64,000 nt of DNA from Patescibacteria group bacterium (GTDB lineage Bacteria; Patescibacteriota; Microgenomatia; UBA1400; PJMF01), in assembly GCA_049322655.1 (NCBI GenBank), contig JBMORP010000006.1:128410-192409 (forward strand), in the 5' to 3' direction. This document shows, piece after piece, positions 58,689 through 64,000 of the stretch (positions within the stretch are counted from its first letter, which is position 1; each line of letters opens with the position of its first letter). The notes below the pieces were generated by a model. That model was not told where the DNA came from, ran no database searches, and saw only the letters and a list, made by a program, of their open reading frames with translations. Both the position numbers and the translations under genes were made by a program.

Positions 58689-59873
58689 ATGTCCCTCAAA
58701 AAAGCTTTTGTTATTATTCCCACTTATAATGAAAAAGATAATATTGAGAAAACCTTATCTTTAGTCTTCGATTCACTAAAAAAAGTAACTAATTGGCAAA
58801 CTGGAGTATTAGTAGTTGATGATACTTCTCCAGACAAAACCTATGAATTAGTGAAAAAACTTCAAAAAAAATTTGTCGGCTTAGAGTTACTAATTAATGA
58901 AAAAAAAGCCGGTCTAGGTGGTGCCTATTTAAAAGGCATGGACTATGCTTTTAATCAACTCAAAGCCGATCTGGTTTTTGAGTTTGATGCTGACTTATCT
59001 CACGATCCAGAAAAATTACCCCTCTTTTTTGAGAAAATTGACCAAGGTTATGACATGGTCCTTGGCTCCAGGTATATTCCTGGTGGTAGTATCCCCACTG
59101 ATTGGGGCTTTCATCGTAAATTTTTAAGTATCGTGGGTAATATCGTTATTATGACTATTCTCACTAATTTTTCTATCAGAGATTGGACCACTGGTTATCG
59201 AGCAATTACTAAGAAAGTTTGGCAGGCTGTTCATCAAGAACTAACTGGAGAAAGATTTTCTGGGTACACTTTTCAGATTGGCTTTCTTCATAAAACAATT
59301 AAAAAAGGTTTTTCTATTGCTGAAGTACCATTTCACTTCAAAGATAGAACTTTTGGTAAAAGTAAAATAGGACCTGAGTATATTAAAAATACTCTGGAAT
59401 ACATTATGAAAGTGAGAATTAAAGATCTCTTAAAAAATAGAATTTTCAGGTTTGTGATTGTTGGTGGAATCGGGGCTTCAACTCAATTAGTTCTAGCCAA
59501 TATTTTACCTAGCTTAATATCTTTTCGTAGCTTTCCTTGGAATATTATTCCTGACTTTTTGGCCATCGAGGCAGCGGTGTTAACTAACTTTATTCTTAGT
59601 AACCTCTGGACTTTTTCCGATAGAAAATTAAATCCCAAACAATATCTACCTAAATTCTTGGCATTCAATCTTGCTTCTGGTGGCTCGATTTTAATTCAAA
59701 CTATCATTATTGGTTCAGGCATAGCGATTTTTGGCTTAAAAGACATTTTATTACTCCCAATAGTAAACATCATGTTAAATTCAAGAACTATTTTCCATAT
59801 GACCGGTATTTTAATCGGCATGTTTTGGAACTTTTTTGCCTACAACACTTTTATTTGGAAAAAGAAAAAGTAA
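58689..59873 (+). CDS. GT2 polyprenyl-phosphate sugar synthase (DPM1/GtrB-like) fused to a C-terminal GtrA-like four-TM domain
   Basis: FVIIPTYNEKDNIEKTL...VLVVDDTSPDKT...FDADLSHDP, then RFVIVGGIGASTQLVLANIL and further helices as in the GtrA family. Confidence 0.7.
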   Translation: MSLKKAFVIIPTYNEKDNIEKTLSLVFDSLKKVTNWQTGVLVVDDTSPDKTYELVKKLQKKFVGLELLINEKKAGLGGAYLKGMDYAFNQLKADLVFEFDADLSHDPEKLPLFFEKIDQGYDMVLGSRYIPGGSIPTDWGFHRKFLSIVGNIVIMTILTNFSIRDWTTGYRAITKKVWQAVHQELTGERFSGYTFQIGFLHKTIKKGFSIAEVPFHFKDRTFGKSKIGPEYIKNTLEYIMKVRIKDLLKNRIFRFVIVGGIGASTQLVLANILPSLISFRSFPWNIIPDFLAIEAAVLTNFILSNLWTFSDRKLNPKQYLPKFLAFNLASGGSILIQTIIIGSGIAIFGLKDILLLPIVNIMLNSRTIFHMTGILIGMFWNFFAYNTFIWKKKK

Positions 59874-59884
59874 TTTAGTTAACT

Positions 59885-61459
59885 ATGAAGAAACTCTTCC
59901 CTGCCAATCCTCTCAAAAGAGTTGCCCTAATTTTGCTTATTTTAGTAGCAGTTTTGCTGAGATTTTATAATCTAGAGAGGTCACTACAATTTCAAGGAGA
60001 TCAGGGTAGAGATGCCATCATCGTTGCCGATATTTTTAGACTCAAAGATCCAGTTTTTATTGGTCCAGTAACCAGTGTTGGCAATATGTATTTGGGGCCA
60101 CTTTACTACTACTTCATGTTACCGTTTTTATGGCTAAGCTATCCTAGCCCAATGGGACCAGTTTATGCTGTTGCAGCTCTTGGTTCAATTACTGTTTTCC
60201 TAGTTTATTATTTGGGCAAAAAGCTGATTGGTGAAAATGGAGCTTTGATTGCTAGTTTTTTCTATACCTTTTCCAGTACTGTTATTCAACATACCAGATT
60301 TAGTTGGAACCCTAATCCAGCTCCACTAGTCTCGATTTTAATGATTTACTTCAGCTACTTGGCTTGGAAAAAAGATTATAAATACTGGATCTGGGTCAGT
60401 ATTTGTTTCAGTATTTTAATTCAACTTCATTATTTAACTTTATTAACACTCCCAGCAGCAGGCTTGATTTGGCTTTTATCTCTGAAAGATTCCTGGAAAA
60501 AAACCACTCAAGAAAAAACTAAAAATTTTTGGCAAAAACTATCACCTTTAATGGTCCCTAGTTTTTTGGCTTTGGGAGTTTTTTTGATCTCGCTTACTCC
60601 TTTGGTTTTATTTGACCTGAAACACGAAGCCAATAACTTCAAGGCATTTCAAAGTTTAATTAAGAGTGAAGAAAACTTTAAATACACCCCCCAAGTGTCT
60701 TTTCTCACCAAATTAACCGAAACTTTCAAAGAAAATGAAGGCAGAGGAATGCATATTCTTTTTGAAACCATGATTGGTAAAAATAGACCACTTAATAAAA
60801 CCCTTCTCTATTTTGTTACTATTTTTATTACTGGCCTAATCTTAATTAAAAGTAAACAACAAAAAGATTCGGCAGCATTAACAGTCGTACTCATCTATTT
60901 ACTGGTAGGAATCGTGGGCACTTCACTTTATGAACATACTATTTTTGATCATTACATCGCTTATTTATTTCCTGTAACAGCTTTAATCTATGGCCTAGTT
61001 ATTAGCCAACTCAAACCTAGGTTGTTAGGTTTTCTTGGTTTTATTGTTTTTGCTGCTTACTTTTTAACCTACAATTGGAAGAATCTGCCACTTAAATCCA
61101 TGGGCTGGACAGTCACAGATATCCAAAAAACTAGTGAGGAAATTCTTAAACATGTTAGTCCAGGAGAAAAATATAATCTTGTTTTACTATCAGAAAGCAA
61201 AGATATTGATGGCCAAAATTATCGTTACTTTTTGACAACTGGTCATACCAGGCCAGTTAGTGCAGAAAATCGAGGAGAAGTCGAGACTCTCTTTATTATT
61301 AATGAAGAAAAAAAACTAACTAAGGTAACCGACTCACCAATCTATGAAATAGTAGTTTTTCCCAACAAAGAACCTGCTGATTTTTTCACTGTTAACAATG
61401 GCCCAGAGATTACTGTCTTAAGGAGAACTACACAACCAAAACCAGAAGGTTTAGAATAG
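59885..61459 (+). CDS. ArnT-like GT-C glycosyltransferase
   Basis: RFYNLERSLQFQGDQGRDAIIVADIF first loop; more than 10 TM helices; C-terminal soluble domain of about 120 aa; directly downstream of the Pol-P-sugar synthase. Confidence 0.6.
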   Translation: MKKLFPANPLKRVALILLILVAVLLRFYNLERSLQFQGDQGRDAIIVADIFRLKDPVFIGPVTSVGNMYLGPLYYYFMLPFLWLSYPSPMGPVYAVAALGSITVFLVYYLGKKLIGENGALIASFFYTFSSTVIQHTRFSWNPNPAPLVSILMIYFSYLAWKKDYKYWIWVSICFSILIQLHYLTLLTLPAAGLIWLLSLKDSWKKTTQEKTKNFWQKLSPLMVPSFLALGVFLISLTPLVLFDLKHEANNFKAFQSLIKSEENFKYTPQVSFLTKLTETFKENEGRGMHILFETMIGKNRPLNKTLLYFVTIFITGLILIKSKQQKDSAALTVVLIYLLVGIVGTSLYEHTIFDHYIAYLFPVTALIYGLVISQLKPRLLGFLGFIVFAAYFLTYNWKNLPLKSMGWTVTDIQKTSEEILKHVSPGEKYNLVLLSESKDIDGQNYRYFLTTGHTRPVSAENRGEVETLFIINEEKKLTKVTDSPIYEIVVFPNKEPADFFTVNNGPEITVLRRTTQPKPEGLE

Positions 61460-61468
61460 AAAAAGTTT

Positions 61469-62224
61469 ATGTCTGAAAAACCATATTTATCAGTAGTCAT
61501 TCCTTCATACAATGAGGCTAAAAATCTCGAACGAGGAACTCTAGAAGAAGTACTTTCTTTTTTAAAACAACAAACTTTTACTTGGGAAATTATTTTAACC
61601 GACGATGGTAGTAACGATGGAAGTATAACTCAATTAAATGATTTCGCCCAAAAAGATCAAAGAATCAGGCTTTTAGCTAATAAACATGCGGGCAAAGGAC
61701 CAACTGTTAAGGCTGGAATGCTAGCAGCTAACGGCCAGTGGAAATTATTCACTGACTTTGACCAATCAACACCTATTTCAGAAGTAACTAAATTACTTAA
61801 GTACACTGATAACTACCAAGTTATTTTTGGCTCAAGAGAAATAACTGGAGCTAGAAGAGATAAAGAGCCACTTTATCGACATTTAATGGGCCGAGGCTTT
61901 AATTTATTGGTCCAAATCCTAGCTGTTAGAGGAGTAAAAGATACTCAATGTGGTTTTAAAATGTTTTCTAGTGAAGCTACTGAGAAACTTTTCAAGGCTC
62001 TTTATGTTTATGGAGGCCAAGAGGTTAGAAAAGATGCTTTTACTGGAGCTTTTGATGTTGAATTACTATTTTTGGCCAGAAAAATGAAGATTGATTATAA
62101 AGAAGTTCCGATCTTATGGAAACACCATGCCACCGATCGAGTTAGCCCAATTAAAGATTCTTTAAGAATGCTCAGAGATATTCTTAAAATTAGATTTGCT
62201 TACTTAACAGGTAAATACCATTAG
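61469..62224 (+). CDS. GT2 polyprenyl-phosphate sugar synthase-like (DPM1-like catalytic domain, no TM)
   Basis: LSVVIPSYNEAKNLERGTL...EIILTDDGSNDGS...TDFDQSTPI...QCGFKMF; 251 aa. Confidence 0.65.
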   Translation: MSEKPYLSVVIPSYNEAKNLERGTLEEVLSFLKQQTFTWEIILTDDGSNDGSITQLNDFAQKDQRIRLLANKHAGKGPTVKAGMLAANGQWKLFTDFDQSTPISEVTKLLKYTDNYQVIFGSREITGARRDKEPLYRHLMGRGFNLLVQILAVRGVKDTQCGFKMFSSEATEKLFKALYVYGGQEVRKDAFTGAFDVELLFLARKMKIDYKEVPILWKHHATDRVSPIKDSLRMLRDILKIRFAYLTGKYH

Positions 62225-62228
62225 TTGG

Positions 62229-63461
62229 ATGAAAAATAAAAGATCTGTTAATTTATTGTTTTTTTGTTTATTTATAGTGAGTTTCTTCTATAGTGTTTTT
62301 TCCTATTCACTAACAGATCCAAACTTAATTATTAGCTCTTGGCAACCCTACTGGCATTTCCAACTTTGGATGTGGCAAACCTTCTTTAAAAATACTCAGC
62401 TACTAACCATTTCTTATTTGGGTTTAGTTTTAAGTTTTTTTATAATTTATTTAGTTGGTTTAAAATTTTTTGGTCACCAGAAACAACCAATAACCAAAAA
62501 AATAATTATTAAGTTTTTGATAGCTTTTTCACCCTTACTATTTAGTTATAACGCTCTATCACATGATGTTTTTAACTATATTTTCAATGCCAAGATGGTC
62601 ACTCTATTTAAAGCCAATCCTCATATCAAAACAGCTTTAGATTTTTACTATGATGACTGGACTAGATTCATGCATAACACTCACACTCCGGCACCATATG
62701 GTTACGGCTGGACTATTTTTTCAGTTATTCCTTATCTAGCCGGTTTTCATAAATTTTTATCAAGCTGGTTCATTTTTAAATTATTAGCTTGGGTCAGTTA
62801 CTACTTGCTCTTTTTGACTTTAACAAAATTTTCAGAAAAACTAACCAACAAAAAACTAACTTTACAACAAACTTGGTTAATTTTTGCCAACCCGTTATTA
62901 GTTATAGAAATTCTTTCTAATCTCCATAATGATTTGTGGATGTTAGTGCCAGCTATCGCGGCTTTAAATATGGTGATTGATAAACCCAAAAAATATTTAG
63001 TGCCCAAAGCGATAATCTCTCTCTTGTTATTAGCTTTTTCTATTAGCACCAAACTAGCAACTATTACCCTAATTCCATTTTGGTTTTATTGGTTCGGTAA
63101 ATGGTTTATTCATAATCATAAAATCTTCACCTCAATTTTAAGCTATGAAACCTTGTTTCCAAGCTTAATCTCAATAACTTTGTTCCTGCCACTTCTTACA
63201 GAAAGATCAAAAATGTTTTTACCTTGGTACTTAATTTGGTCTTTAATTTGGCTAGGCCAAAATAAGTTAAAATTTTGGCAAAACTGGTTGTTAGCCCTAA
63301 GTTTAACAGCACTGCTTCGCTACCTACCCTGGTTATTAGCTGGCGGTTTTACTGAATTAGTCGAAAATCAACAAAAAATCCTAGTCTGGGGTGGTGGTTT
63401 AACTTTATTTATCGTTTTTCAACTAGTGAACTGGTTAAAAAAGCCAACTAGCAGAAACTAA
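62229..63461 (+). CDS. Polytopic membrane protein, possible GT-C (GT87/DUF2029-like) glycosyltransferase
   Basis: About 11 TM helices; loop FSYNALSHDVFNYIFNAKMV...NPH with a conserved Asp; no closer assignment possible. Confidence 0.3.
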   Translation: MKNKRSVNLLFFCLFIVSFFYSVFSYSLTDPNLIISSWQPYWHFQLWMWQTFFKNTQLLTISYLGLVLSFFIIYLVGLKFFGHQKQPITKKIIIKFLIAFSPLLFSYNALSHDVFNYIFNAKMVTLFKANPHIKTALDFYYDDWTRFMHNTHTPAPYGYGWTIFSVIPYLAGFHKFLSSWFIFKLLAWVSYYLLFLTLTKFSEKLTNKKLTLQQTWLIFANPLLVIEILSNLHNDLWMLVPAIAALNMVIDKPKKYLVPKAIISLLLLAFSISTKLATITLIPFWFYWFGKWFIHNHKIFTSILSYETLFPSLISITLFLPLLTERSKMFLPWYLIWSLIWLGQNKLKFWQNWLLALSLTALLRYLPWLLAGGFTELVENQQKILVWGGGLTLFIVFQLVNWLKKPTSRN

Positions 63462-63485
63462 ACTGACTAGTTACAATAAAATTCA

Positions 63486-64000
63486 ATGAATAAAACAAAA
63501 AAGCAGTTGTTTTGGAAACTAGGCTTAGGTTTGGTGGTGCTTGGCTATCTTTTAACCCATCTAATTGGCTTAACTTTATTGCCTGTCTTTGCTGATGAAG
63601 CGATTTATCTTCGCTGGGCTCAACTCATTCTTGATGATGGACAAAGATATTTGTTTTTCCCCATGAATGATGGCAAAACACCACTTTTTATTTGGTTGCT
63701 AGCTACAGCTTTAAAAACCCACCTCGATCCTTTATTGGCTGGAAGACTGGTCGCTGTTATTACTGGTTTATTTCAAGTTTTGGTAACAGCTAAACTAAGC
63801 CAAAAACTAGGCGGCGGTTGGCTAGCCAAAGTTATAGCTATCTTTTTGGTAATGTTTTTACCATACTGGTATTTTCATCACCGCATGGCCTTAATGGACG
63901 GTTTACTCACCTTGTTTCTCTCAGCTGCACTATTATTTTTAATTAACAGTTTTTCTCAAAACAAACCAAAAAATGTTATTTTAGCTGGTTTATTTCTAGG
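63486..64000 (+). CDS. ArnT/PMT-like GT-C glycosyltransferase, N-terminal part; the gene runs off the window end
   Basis: ATG at 63486; VFADEAIYLRWAQLILDDGQRYLFFPMNDGKTPLFIWLLA first loop matches the ArnT signature (DE.RYA...G.W..P...DKPPL.YW-like); open to position 64000. Confidence 0.6.
   Translation, partial: MNKTKKQLFWKLGLGLVVLGYLLTHLIGLTLLPVFADEAIYLRWAQLILDDGQRYLFFPMNDGKTPLFIWLLATALKTHLDPLLAGRLVAVITGLFQVLVTAKLSQKLGGGWLAKVIAIFLVMFLPYWYFHHRMALMDGLLTLFLSAALLFLINSFSQNKPKNVILAGLFL

Noticed and set aside
1-64000. CRISPR arrays, tRNA/rRNA genes, transposases, integrases, phage genes
   Set aside because: There are no regularly spaced direct repeats and no long non-coding stretches. The only gaps are 171 bp and about 300 bp, and neither shows tRNA-like GTTC..A / acceptor features. 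No ORF shows DDE transposase, tyrosine/serine recombinase or phage structural motifs. The low-GC island has no mobile-element flank within the window.

Overview
The window is about 97% coding and forms one large glycoconjugate / cell-envelope glycosylation super-locus. I see no rRNA, tRNA, CRISPR array, transposase or integrase. The genetic code is standard: TGA is used as a stop, and several gene junctions are ATGA/TAATG overlaps.

Gene layout:
- 1-42426: almost all genes on the minus strand.
- 42460-46826: plus strand.
- 46784-51397: minus strand.
- 51439-64000: plus strand, with trmD alone on the minus strand.

Content by class:
- Glycosyltransferases: about 15 GT2 (GT-A), 4-5 GT4 and one GT11 alpha-1,2-fucosyltransferase.
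- Methyltransferases: five or more SAM-methyltransferase domains, two of them fused to GT2 domains in opposite orders.
- Sugar modification: a DegT-type sugar aminotransferase and an ATP-grasp enzyme.
- Export and attachment: a Wzm/Wzt ABC exporter (Wzt carries a C-terminal extension), a Wzx-like flippase and an LCP ligase.
- Nucleotide-sugar genes: fcl, gmd, an Rmd-like reductase, a galE-like epimerase, rfbB, rfbD and ugd.
- Polyprenyl-phosphate sugar synthases: three GT2 enzymes of this type, one fused to a GtrA-like domain.
- GT-C membrane glycosyltransferases, at least 15: seven ArnT/PMT-like (one partial at the window end), two smaller PMT_2-like with the HPPL motif, three YfhO-like, one PIG-V-like and two unclassified.
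- Housekeeping genes inside the locus: argS and trmD.
- A secreted Cys-rich protein with a Thr/Pro/Ala-rich tandem-repeat linker and a C-terminal LPETG-plus-hydrophobic anchor-like end.

Most notable points: the GT-C expansion sits together with a candidate glycoprotein substrate, and positions 1-14.3 kb form a very low-GC island of about 25% GC against 40-48% elsewhere.
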